A stretch of DNA of 63,526 nucleotides, filler included. It is 8 parts of 8 records of this genome, joined end to end, with 100 filler letters (N's around TTAATTAATTAA, not from the genome) between each part and the next. Parts side by side here need not be neighbours in the genome. Positions count along the whole stretch, not along the records: positions 26,335 to 30,820 come from SRR7504441_407; positions 30,921 to 45,092 come from SRR7504441_412; 6 more parts are not named here. One strand, written 5' to 3'. The notes below the pieces were generated by a model. It was not told where the DNA came from. It worked only from the letters and a program-made list of their open reading frames with translations, and searched no databases. The position numbers and the translations under genes are program-made. Positions within the stretch are counted from its first letter, which is position 1. The number at the start of each line of letters is the position of its first letter. Positions 26,335 to 36,631 of the stretch are shown piece by piece.

Positions 26335-27496
26335 GGCCCACGGGATCAAAGCCAACCGTGAGGGCCTGTTCCGGAAGCGGAATAACGAGTACGTGCACTC
26401 CTCAACCGACATCGCCAAGTACAACGTAACCAAGCTGCTCCACGCCTTCATGACCGCCACCGAGATCGAGCCGCCCGTCTCCCAGTCTGGGATCGGCGGA
26501 GACAGGGCCGAGACCACAGACGAGGAGGAGCCCAAGCCGAGCTCGGACCAGTCGGCCGGCCCCCCGTCGGCCCGGCTGGTGCTGGTGCTTGGCGAGCCGC
26601 AGCAGCTGCTCCGGCGGCAGCGGTACCAAGGCCTGTTTGACTCAGCGTACGTGGCGAGCAGCAGCGCGGGTGAGGACCTGACCCCGCTGGTGGCCACGCT
26701 GGCCCCGGGGGCGGTGCTGGTGATCGAGACGGCCAAGTTCGTGCTCGACCTCCGGAGGGAGCAGAAAACCGAGTTCCTGCGCAGGCTGTATGCGGCGGCC
26801 GAGCAGGCCGGCACGCTCGGGCTGCTCCCAATGGCTGACAAGGCCCACCAGGGCCGAGGTGCGGCCGCCACCGGCGAGGCAGCCTCGCACATCGTGCTCC
26901 GGTGCTCGGGGCAGCCGGACGGGACGGTCAGTTTCCCGGAGATTGAGCCACTCAAGCCAGCCAGCACCAAGCCTGAGACCGAGCCCGCTGCAGCCGAGGC
27001 AGAGCCGCCCACGGAGGAGCTGGCCACCGTCTCGGCTGTCTCGCAGGCGCCCGCAGACGAGATCGGGCGGGCCACCGATGTGGAGTGGCAGCTGGTGCAC
27101 CGGCACGTGAGCCGGGCGTCGAACCGGCCGAGGGAGCTGTTGCTGCGAGTGAGGATCCCAGGGCTGCTCGGGATCGGAGCGCTGGAGCTCGACGTCAAGC
27201 CGGAGCAAGTGTGGCTCAAGCACCCCGAAACCCCCGAGATGGAGCTGCAAGTACCACTGCCGTTCCCGGTACTCGCGGACGAGGGGACTGCCAAGTTTGA
27301 TGCTGCAACACAAATGCTGTCGGTGATGATGCCGGTGTGCCCCGCGGAGGAGAAGCCAGAGGAGGCGCTGCTGGGACTAGAGGGCAAGCAAGAAGAGCAG
27401 CAGGGCGAGACCAATGTGATGGCTAGAGACCAAACAACCATGGGTGGGCTGGGAATGGCAATCCCAAAAAAGCTCGGCCAGAACATAATGTTTTGA
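26335..27496 (+). CDS. DNAAF3: Dynein axonemal assembly factor 3 (PF22)-like C-terminal domain fused to a PIH1-type CS domain; 5'-truncated
   Basis: STDIAKYNVTKLL..YQGLFDSAYVA..LAPGAVLVIETAKFVLDLRREQKTEFLRRLYAAAEQAG resembles the DNAAF3 C-terminus; RPRELLLRVRIPGL..LELDV..LQVPLPFPV..GTAKFDAATQMLSVMMPV is a PIH1 CS signature; one open frame. Confidence 0.7.
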
Positions 27497-27735
27497 TAAG
27501 CTAAAGAGCGGACTAGTGCTCCGGCATCGTTGCCGTCAGCAACGCACCTTGAACGCACCGGCTGATTGGCGGCTGATTGCACTTTTCATTATAATCTATT
27601 CGAATTCCGTGATTTTTACTCGTACAACCCTTGAATCATTGCCGCGGCCGGTGCAGTTGTACCGACTTATTATCGGCACCCTGGCGGTGTCGTCTCGAGG
27701 GGTCTCGGCACCCACTACAAGTAGTGCGGGCTGAG

Positions 27736-30088
27736 ATGGTGAGGTGGTGAAGCGATGTGCGACCAGCTGTGGAGCGGCGACAACTTCGAGCAGGCCACGG
27801 TGACCCGCTGAGCCGGCCAACACGCTAAGGCCTGACAACAGGCGGCTCTCGAGGCATCCGGCCAGCTGGCTCCAGCGCTCACCGTCGCTGAATTCGGGCT
27901 GGCAGTCCACACCGCCCCGGGTGCCGATCTCAACTGGGGCGTGCACGTACGCGTGTGATCCGCGGCTGGTAGGTGGCAGACCGCGCACATCCCACCCAGC
28001 AATCCGGGAGCCGGCTGCGGCGCTATCACGCACCGTAGCCAGGCTCTGCAATCAGCTTGCCACCACCAAACTCCAATCGCGTAACTTTGGTTTGCCCAGC
28101 AGCTGGGGCAGTGGTGAACTCGGGAGCAGGCACGGCTGGCGTGCTACTGCAACGAGCTCTTGGAGTGACAGTGGACGGAAGGTCGGAGCTTCGACCAGTG
28201 GGCAAACTGACTGTAAATTGCAGGGGGCAAGAGGACAGAGCCCTGATTGGGCAGACGAGCAGGTGCTGGTAGTGATAAGTGTAACTCGTAATCTGTTAAT
28301 GCAGGCTATTCGGACTCGCAGAGACACGGCAGAGCAGGAATGGCCCGGTGGGTACAATGCTGAGGGTTGCAACATGGGCTCCGGTGTGTTGCTCCTGGCA
28401 AAGCCTGAGGCTTGGGTTGAACGGTGGTGGTCAGGATGGCATCGGCTGTGCTGCGGGCGAGCAGCTTGAGGAGGCCGCTAAGCGCGCTGCTAAGGGTTGG
28501 CACCACCAGGCACTGAGTCAAGCACGGTGCATTTTGCTGGCCTCCAGTGGTCAGGCTGTTGATGTGGCAGTTTGGCACTGGCCTGGGTATACCAGGAGCT
28601 TGGAATGCGGCCGTTGAAATCTCAGCCATGGTTGTCTGGATTGCCTAAATTGCGCGGTACTCTGATCCTGAATGCCGTCAGTCAATTTCACTTCTGTGTA
28701 GGTGCTGCACTTGAAACAATGATGCTGCTGCTCGTGATTGGAACACACAATGTTGGTACTGAGTTGCAGCTGCAGGCCCAACGAGGCGCTGGAATGTGGA
28801 TTGCTGCAATTAGGTGAGCGAGCAAGCGAGGCTATGCATATGATGAAAAATGTTCCTGTTTCTGTGCTCTTGTATGATATCCCCAATATCACTAACCTTG
28901 TTGTCAGAAATATGCTGACTAAGGTGTGCTTTAGGTCATTCGAAGCCGCGGTCACGATTTGTGAGGAGCACTTACCAAGCAAAGGGAAGCTGTGCCAGAT
29001 GCTGAGAGCAGCTGAGCAAAAGGCCAAGCAGCAGCACCATCTGAGTCACTCAAGGGCTGCCAGACTTAAAGCTGCACGAGAGGCAGCACAAGCACTCGCA
29101 ACAGCCCAGGCGCAAGGAGCGGAGCTGATACACATGGCATTAACTGGTATGGCCGTGCGGAGAAAAGCCATAGACCAACGAAGCAAGTATGATGCAGCAT
29201 CGAAGTTGCAGGCCTGGGGCCGGGGTATTGTGACACGGCAGGCGGTAGAAAACCGCAGATTTAGGATGAGTTTTCAGGCAGTAGCCATGCAGAAGCTCGC
29301 TCGTGGCTTCCTGGCACGGGCACGGCTGGCGCACAAGCAGCGAATGGCCTTGAGAATACAAAAGTTGTTCCGTATAAACATGATGGTAGACAGGTTGCAC
29401 AAGATTTTCCACCGCGCAGAAGTAGCTGGCGCGGTTATCAATAGAGTTGCACGTGGATCCCTTGCACGAGCTGAGGCCAGACGGCTGCGTGCCCTGCAGT
29501 ACCATTCGGCTTTAGTACTTCAGTGCGGCTTCCGGCAGTGGTACGCCAGGAAGCAACTGGTCATGCTGAAGTTCTGGTATAAATCACAAGTAATAAGGCT
29601 ACAGAATCAGATCCGTGTGTACCTCATGCGAACCGGACCCACCCGGCGGCTGAAGAAACGGACAGCTGCTGCGGTCAAGATAAAGGATCCCAGAGATGGA
29701 TGTTGAGGCAGACAAGATTGCGCAGATTGTAAAGAAGCTCAAGCCGCGGCTAGTTAAGATGTTCAATTTCTTTGGCGGCCCCGACTCAGCTCTGGACGCT
29801 GGTGAATTTATGAATGTGGTGAAAGGCTCAAAGCTGGTTGATTCCAACCTGAGCTTTGCCAAGCTGATTGACGCATTCGTGAGATCAAACGTTGAGGAGG
29901 TCGAGGAGTTCCTTGGGATCAGTCCAGAGTATGAGACTTTGGACCAGATGAAGCTCGACTCTGATGAGTTTGTTGATGCCTTGCAGGCTTGTGCAGTGTC
30001 CAAAATGAAGCCAGGCAAGCCATTTGCAAAGCAGCTCGAAAAGTTCTTTCTAGATATGCTTGAAAATTGTACAAAGAAGCGATTTTAA
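27736..30088 (+). CDS. Multi-IQ-motif protein with C-terminal EF-hand-like domain (start uncertain)
   Basis: LQAWGRG, MQKLARG, IQKLFR, INRVARG, LQCGFR, LQNQIR repeats in 28738-29706; C-terminal ORF 29696-30088 LDAGEFMNVV..LDSDEFVDAL. Confidence 0.6.
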
Positions 30089-30309
30089 CCATCGGTACGT
30101 GCGGCAAACTTAAACACAAGTAATAGATAGATACGTTATTATGTAGACACACATTCTAGAATTATTAGACACATTTGTTATAGAAGCATTTATCCATTCA
30201 AACTGGCTATAATTTATTTGAATTACTTGTAGCAACATTTTTTAAAATCAATATTCAAGTAAACGCTATTGGTTATTCGTGAAACTAGGAACTGAGCGGC
30301 TATACCCAA

Positions 30310-30820
30310 TTAATTTATTTGGTTGGCATGGTTGGTCGCAAAGTAATCATCAAAGACAACAGAAAGATCGCGGTAAATTTTGCGTCGCTCCTCATTCACC
30401 TGGGTGGCACAAATCAGCGCTTTGTGCCCTAGAAGCTAGCACACACCTGCATGAGATCAAAGAAGCGTTCCTGCGGCGTCAGCTGCTGTTCTTCGAGTGG
30501 GTCCAGAAGTTGCCAGTCCACTGCGGGCTCCGCATGAACATCCGGAGGTGGATTGGCAAGAGACTCGGCAGTGGCTGCCATCTTTAGGGCAGCCTGTAGC
30601 TCACTCTTGCAGGTGGCAATGGTCGCATCCTTGGCCACCAGTTGCTCCTCGCACGCACGAATGTGCGAGTCCCTATCCTCGATTTGGGACCTCAGTTCCA
30701 AGATGACAGCTTCTTTCACATCATCCCTGCTCTGCACCAGCTGGGAGATGCCTTCTATCGATGGCTCCTTCAGCATGCTTGTCATCTCGAGGCTGATCTG
30801 GAATCGCTCCTTGATCAAGT
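30310..30820 (-). CDS. 3' end of a gene: C-terminal half of a phosphopantetheine carrier (ACP/PCP)-like domain + coiled coil
   Basis: LIKERFQISLEMTSMLKEPSIEGISQLV fits carrier helices 2-4; the Ser motif would lie beyond the linker; intron 30400-30446. Confidence 0.5.
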
Positions 30821-31098
30821 NNNNNNNNNNNNNNNNNNNNNNNNNNNNNNNNNNNNNNNNNNNNTTAATTAATTAANNNNNNNNNNNNNNNNNNNNNNNN
30901 NNNNNNNNNNNNNNNNNNNNAGAGAGCACAGTTCTGAAGACATAATCAAAATCGCTCGGACTGCCCCGGACTGCGCACCTTACGAACTGCGTCCTCCGGC
31001 GTCCAGTGAGCCAGGAGATCAAAGGGTTCGTTTTCCGTTACGCTGACATCACTGCAGGGCGCGGAGCTCTTTGGTGAGTGGCGTCACCCCTTGCGCAC

Positions 31099-32385
31099 AT
31101 GTCCCGGCTGCTCTGGGGGCTGCTTGCGTGGCTGCTGGCCGCTCAGAGTTCGGCACACGTGCTGCCTACCCCCGAGCCTCTCGCTGGCGCCGGCCCCGAC
31201 AGCACGGCTGTCTCACTCAGCGTGGAGGACCTGATTGCAAGGTCAGCCCAAGCCGAAAAGGCCGAGGCTCGGACCGCAAAGCCGGCGGCGGTGCCGGCCG
31301 AGCGGGGGCTGCCCAAGGACGGCTCGCTCAACTCGCTCTTGAACTGGGCTATCGAGCACTCGGACCCTGCGCAGCTGAAGCAGCAGGCGCCCGCACTGCC
31401 GGCCGCCGGCTGAGCTCGGCTCCAGGCGGAGGCGACGGAAGCAATGAGCGTGGAGGAGCGCAAGGCGGCGTTTGAGGCCAAGTTCACCCGGGAGGTCGGG
31501 GCAGGGTTGGGGGTGTGGCGAGCGGCGGCCAGGCGATGGAGAAGATACTGGGAACCGAGTCTAATAAGATGAAGGAGCCCATCGATGTGATCCGGAACGC
31601 CACGGAAGGCGCCGGGGTGGAGGAGGAGGCACTGATCCGAGCGCTGGAGCAGCTGCAGGTGCAGGCCCGCCCGGGGGCTTGTGCTGACGGTGCGGCAGGA
31701 GCACGTAGAAGATATTGACAAAGCGAACGACTTGCACACGCTTGGTGGGCTCGGGCCGCTGCTGGCCCTGACCGAGCACCCAAGTCCGGAGGTGCTCCGG
31801 CTGACCCTGCACAGCGTGGGCATCGCGGCTTCGCACAACCCTAAAGTGCAGCAGCAGCTGTTGGAGCATCGAGCGGTCCCGAAGCTGATCCACTTGCTGA
31901 GAGCTCAGGAGGACAGTGTGCTGGGCAAGGCCATGTATGCGCTCGCGGCGCTGTGCGGCAACAACCAGGCGGCCGCCGCCAGTCTGTGGGAGGAGGGGGG
32001 GGCGGCTGTGATCGAGCCGATGCTGATTAAGGCGGGAAGCCCAAAGCTGCAGCTGAAGGCGATCACGTTGCTGCATGACCTGTCCAGCCCCGGCGAGCCG
32101 TGGCGCGGCTGGCTGGCCGGGTGGCTCGAGTCGCCACCGGCAGTCCTGGCTGTGGGAGGGATGCTAGAGGGAAGCGAGGTGGTGGATGTTCATGATAAGT
32201 TGCTATCCATGATCCTCCAAGCGACAGATGGCGTACCGACAGGGCTGACAAGCACGCTAGAGCGATACGCCGCCGACCACCCGGCGCCGGCAGCGGGGGG
32301 GGACGAGCTGGAGGACGGGTATGGCATGCAAGCGGCCTCGCTGGTGAGAGAGCTGCTTGCACGGGCGGATCATCGCGAGCTCTGA
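31099..32385 (+). CDS. SIL1: ER Hsp70 (BiP) nucleotide-exchange factor, SIL1/Fes1/HspBP1 family
   Basis: Signal peptide MSRLLWGLLAWLLAAQSSA; LNSLLNWAIEHSD; LEQLQ|EHVEDIDKANDLHTLGGL; AASHNPKVQQ; ARM repeats; C-terminal HREL; introns 31387-31425, 31495-31532, 31659-31698. Confidence 0.8.
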
Positions 32386-32514
32386 CCGAGTGGCACTTGT
32401 AGCTGGCTCCGTAGCTCGTGATTGAACCCCATAAATTTATATAGCGCTTGTGAATAGTTGATTACTTTATGAATACTTGTATTCAAGTATTCATACTTTA
32501 TATGAATACTTGTA

Positions 32515-33528
32515 CTAAGTCTTGTAATCGTCGTCGTTACTATAGCTAGCGTCCGAGTATTTGGACGGCAACGTGTGATTAACAGAATACTCGGGGAATA
32601 CGAACTCCGAAGCCAACGCGCCCCAGAGCCTTGTGAAGTAGAAGGCATAGCTCTGCATCACACTTCGTGGCAGAATGTCACAAAACCCAACGAGAATATA
32701 CCGCACACCACCCGTGACAGGCACACCAAAGTGCTTAACCTTACCACCATGAATCAAGACTGAACCTCTCTCAAGCGAGACCGAAACGCCAGAGCGCACG
32801 AACCCAGTGCCACCACCCGCAAAGTCGCTGCCATTACCGACATTGAGCGCAATGTTGAACGATACGTGGTGACCATCGACGTGCGGCTCGAGCCCAGCTT
32901 GCTTCTCCAGGCTGTATCGCACGATAAACATATCGCGAATGGCCACGCCACAGCCATCTTCGCTGTCACAGAATTGTCGTGAAATAATCGGGAACAGACG
33001 CTGCTCCAGCAGCGGCACTACGAGCTCGGCGGCCGATGGGATGTCTGCCAGGGGGATATCTTCAGTCGGATGGTATCGGTGGCGTGAGGTACTCCAGCCT
33101 ACCGCAACGGTGGCCTTCTGCGTCGCCGCGACGAGTTGCGCGCACTCGGAGGCCGATAGCAGCCTGTGGTGGCGGCTGATCACGGCGACCCTATTGGCCG
33201 GCACCGAGGCCGACAAGGCCAGCAGCCAAACCACAGTGATTGCCAGCCCGTGCCACAACGGATTGAGTCCGCGGCGTGCCTTCGGGCGGCTGATCCAGGG
33301 CACGAACACCAGCACGGCGGCCGCGCATGCTATCAGCAGCACCAGCCGTCGGTCAGCTACGTACTCTCCAGCGGTGGCTGAAATCTCCCTGGTCAACATC
33401 AACGATTTGTCGTAGAGTCCGCTCGCGCCGTCAAACGGCTCGATTGTGGCCTTGATCAGCACTGATATCAACAGCGGCGGCGCCCACACCACCGCGAACC
33501 GCCGCCAGCCGCCCGGCTCTCCGCGCAT
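32515..33528 (-). CDS. Membrane-anchored 2OG-Fe(II) oxygenase (PLOD C-terminal/P4H-like)
   Basis: FIVRYS..LEPHVD..SFNIALN..DFAGGGT..HFGVPVTGGVRYILVGF (HxD..H..R); three N-terminal hydrophobic segments. Confidence 0.85.
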   Translation of the reverse strand: MRGEPGGWRRFAVVWAPPLLISVLIKATIEPFDGASGLYDKSLMLTREISATAGEYVADRRLVLLIACAAAVLVFVPWISRPKARRGLNPLWHGLAITVVWLLALSASVPANRVAVISRHHRLLSASECAQLVAATQKATVAVGWSTSRHRYHPTEDIPLADIPSAAELVVPLLEQRLFPIISRQFCDSEDGCGVAIRDMFIVRYSLEKQAGLEPHVDGHHVSFNIALNVGNGSDFAGGGTGFVRSGVSVSLERGSVLIHGGKVKHFGVPVTGGVRYILVGFCDILPRSVMQSYAFYFTRLWGALASEFVFPEYSVNHTLPSKYSDASYSNDDDYKT

Positions 33529-33611
33529 GTCAAAGTCCAATGCCGTTACTTCATTCAGTTACTCGTGATTGACACAGATGGACTGTCGGGGCGCTCGGTC
33601 TGCGCCGCACC

Positions 33612-34238
33612 ATGTGCCTGGGCCGTGCACCCGAAGCCGACGACAGTCAGGAGGGCAGCAGCAGCGATGCCTTCGCCGCCGGACTGCTGACTGGCCTGCT
33701 GCTCTGCTTGTACGCGCCCCCATGCCCGGCTCGGGCTGGGTACGTGTACTGTACCTGCCCGATTACAGCTGGTACGCTCCGCGGGGCCAGCCGGACTCAG
33801 ATCAGGCGCGGCGCCGTCCTGGCGCTGGCCTTGAGCGCGGCCTGGCTGCTGCTGCCGGGCCGCGGCCCAAACACCGAGCCTGAGACCCGGCTGCTGACAG
33901 CGTGGCACAACGCCACTCCGCAGACCTACGCGCAGGCCGCCCAAGGGTGCATGGCCCGAAGGTCCAGGCTGATTAACGGCTCGTCTGCTGGAGAGATCGA
34001 GCTCGTGGCCGGAGTGCTCCAGGCCCGGCGGTTGGAATTTTCCGCATCCTGGGTGAACGTCGAGCTGGACTGGGGCCGCGACGGTTGGCTCTCCGCCAAC
34101 AGGCGGCGACCCAACTGGCGGGAGGGCCACCCCGAGGTCGACTTCAACAAGCGCTGTGTGCTGATCCAGGCCGATCGCCGGTTCGCCAACGTCAATTGCG
34201 AGGACGTGCAAGCAGCCAGCGTGTGCGTTCACATCTAA
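33612..34238 (+). CDS. Membrane-anchored C-type lectin-like protein
   Basis: TYAQAAQGC..RL..SWV..NWREGHP..KRCVLI..FANVNC..SVC pattern after TM segments. Confidence 0.65.
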   Translation: MCLGRAPEADDSQEGSSSDAFAAGLLTGLLLCLYAPPCPARAGYVYCTCPITAGTLRGASRTQIRRGAVLALALSAAWLLLPGRGPNTEPETRLLTAWHNATPQTYAQAAQGCMARRSRLINGSSAGEIELVAGVLQARRLEFSASWVNVELDWGRDGWLSANRRRPNWREGHPEVDFNKRCVLIQADRRFANVNCEDVQAASVCVHI

Positions 34239-34387
34239 CCGTCGAACATTTAAATCTGACCCCAATACAGCTTACTAGTCCTTATCAATGACATACCATA
34301 CGCGTTAATTAGCATGTTGGAGCTTTATGGTACACGTACCATCCCCATTTGAATGCAAGGAACCTTGGTATAAACGATTTAGATTCG

Positions 34388-36382
34388 TTACATGTAATTA
34401 GCATTCCAGTACCGCTCCGTTTGCATTTCGTGCAACCTCGAGGCGGCTCGACTAAAAGCAAAGTGCTCGTCCTCACCCGTGTAGTTGTCCGCACTCCTGT
34501 TGCTAGCTGCCACCGAAGCTTCTTTGGTCAGATCGAATCTACTTTTATTCTCTTCCATTTCGGTCTCGAATGCCATATTTTCCAAATCGTGTGAGGTGTC
34601 GTACTGGGCCACATCCGTGAACAGCTCGTCAATCTGGTCCGCAGCGGAGCAAACCAGTCGAACTCGCCTGTTGTACAACTCGTCTATAAGAGTAATAAAC
34701 CGCCTTGCGTATGCTCTGGTCTCGAAATCCATCTTGGGGATCTCATCAATGAAGACAACAGAAAATCGCTCCGCAAGAGCTGCAAACACGATCACACTCA
34801 GCTGCGCGCATGGCCACTCACCTGAGTAGTCGGAGCCACCCAAGTTAGCCCCACAAAGCTGAGTGAAAGAGAAGCGAGCCACGCCTCTGGATCGGCCACC
34901 GAGCCCTTGCCAGCATCCTTCTGGCACTTGCAATGTCCTTCCAAACATGACCGGAATCGAAGCATTGGTAAAGTGACCTTCGTCATCACCACAGCTCGCA
35001 GATATCTCTTCTCTCAGCTTTGCAAATATCTTGTCCAGCGTGTTGCGGTTTCCACCAACAATGTACCCGAATTCTGCTGCACCCGGCCTCGGCTGTTCAG
35101 TCCGTCTGTAATCCGCCCCATCCAGGGACAACTGTGCGCATTTCTGGGACAAAGCCTGAACGAGTGGCCAAAACGTCTCATCCCCGGCTGTGCTTCGCCA
35201 CCGGTTCAGAGATTCGAGCTCTCGATTGCTCGTGCTGACGACGACCACACCCAGCTCAATCAACCGCAAGAAGATCTCCCGAATTGCGACTGCATTGAAC
35301 GGATCGTTCACTTGCAGCTCGTCAAAGCAAAGCAAGCCACCGTGCTCAGCTGCCGACCCCAAAATCTCTCTGGCAATGGCCGAGAAAGGGTCGTGTATGC
35401 CCCGGCCCTGCACTAACAACTTCGGGCGGCCCTCTCCCTCTCCCCCCACGATGGTTACACCGTCCGGTAACAGGAGCTCACTAGCTGGCATGGCTGCAGC
35501 CTCCTCGGCCTCCCACTTCTCTCGCACAGCGGCGGCTGCTTTGGTCAGGGTGTGCCCTGTGGATGCTCCGCGCATGGTCTCACCAACTCTCCCTCTCCTG
35601 ACGTGTGGCGACAGGCCGTACTGATGCATTCGAGCCTGGATCTCCTGCATGAAAGCATTGAAATGCACTCTGCGTCGCTGATCGGTATGCCCGTCGGTGC
35701 TCGCAAAGAAGATATCCATGCACAGAGATTTGCCTGTCCCCACGGATCCATACAAATAGATCCCCGCAGGTCCAATGGGTGCTGCAGGGAAACAGCGCCC
35801 TAACTTCTCGCTGATCTCGTCTTCGCTAACAACCAGCCGGCCCTCTTGCGCATCTGTCTGCGCGTTTGCCCAGGCTATCAACTCCGGCAGAGCGCTGGAG
35901 GCCATGAGTGCGCGTGGCAGCTTGTGCGCCAGCTTGGATTCGGACATCTGTTTCACAGCGCGCGCCACCGGGAGGACTAGTCTGGTCTGAGCGAACGACG
36001 CCTGGCTCTCCCGCGCCGCTTCAATCTTGGCGCGGATCACGGCATCGCGCGCCTCGTCCCAGTCGCGCAGCCACACCTTGACCTTCTCGGCGTACTCCGC
36101 CATCTCAGTCTGGTATTGCGGCAAGCTGCGGTGGAGCTCATCGAATCGAGCCATGACACCGCGCTGGTGTGGGTCAGCCCGAATGGCACCGCTGTCCACG
36201 AGAGCTTGGTAGCGCTCGGAAGGGAGCACGGCGGCGCTGCCCGGCACTGCGTTGGGCGAGAGGAGAGGCGAGGTGGACAGCTCCGGTGGCAGCGGGGAGG
36301 TCTCAGGGAGCGCGGCGCAGCTGGTGCCACACATCCAGCGGCGGCGTAGCGCAGCTGCGCGGTGCCACGGCCGAAGGAGCAT
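34388..36382 (-). CDS. AFG1L: AFG1/LACE1/ZapE-family ATPase, probably mitochondrial
   Basis: GIYLYGSVGTGKS, RRVHFNAFM, LLCFDELQV, VVSTSNR, ARRFITLIDELY, FAFSRAASRLHEMQ; Arg-rich N-terminal presequence; in-frame intron 34780-34821. Confidence 0.92.
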   Translation of the reverse strand: MLLRPWHRAAALRRRWMCGTSCAALPETSPLPPELSTSPLLSPNAVPGSAAVLPSERYQALVDSGAIRADPHQRGVMARFDELHRSLPQYQTEMAEYAEKVKVWLRDWDEARDAVIRAKIEAARESQASFAQTRLVLPVARAVKQMSESKLAHKLPRALMASSALPELIAWANAQTDAQEGRLVVSEDEISEKLGRCFPAAPIGPAGIYLYGSVGTGKSLCMDIFFASTDGHTDQRRRVHFNAFMQEIQARMHQYGLSPHVRRGRVGETMRGASTGHTLTKAAAAVREKWEAEEAAAMPASELLLPDGVTIVGGEGEGRPKLLVQGRGIHDPFSAIAREILGSAAEHGGLLCFDELQVNDPFNAVAIREIFLRLIELGVVVVSTSNRELESLNRWRSTAGDETFWPLVQALSQKCAQLSLDGADYRRTEQPRPGAAEFGYIVGGNRNTLDKIFAKLREEISASCGDDEGHFTNASIPVMFGRTLQVPEGCWQGLGGRSRGVARFSFTQLCGANLGGSDYSGEWPCAQLSVIVFAALAERFSVVFIDEIPKMDFETRAYARRFITLIDELYNRRVRLVCSAADQIDELFTDVAQYDTSHDLENMAFETEMEENKSRFDLTKEASVAASNRSADNYTGEDEHFAFSRAASRLHEMQTERYWNANYM

Positions 36383-36631
36383 CACCGCCTTCTGAGCATC
36401 ATCAGGCCTGTTCGGCGTCCACCAGACCTTGGCATGCGCAGGTCAATCTGCCGTTAGAGTCCGGGTGAAGATGCCGCTGTGTACTCGTACGTGAGGACAC
36501 TGTCAGAGGACAATGGGAGGATCTTCTAAAGCTAGTGCGCGGAGTGGCCGAGTTAGTCCTTCTCCTTTAGTTAATAGAACTCGCGCGCCTTCGTACATTA
36601 CAACCTGAGGTGTTCTCTAACCAATACTATA

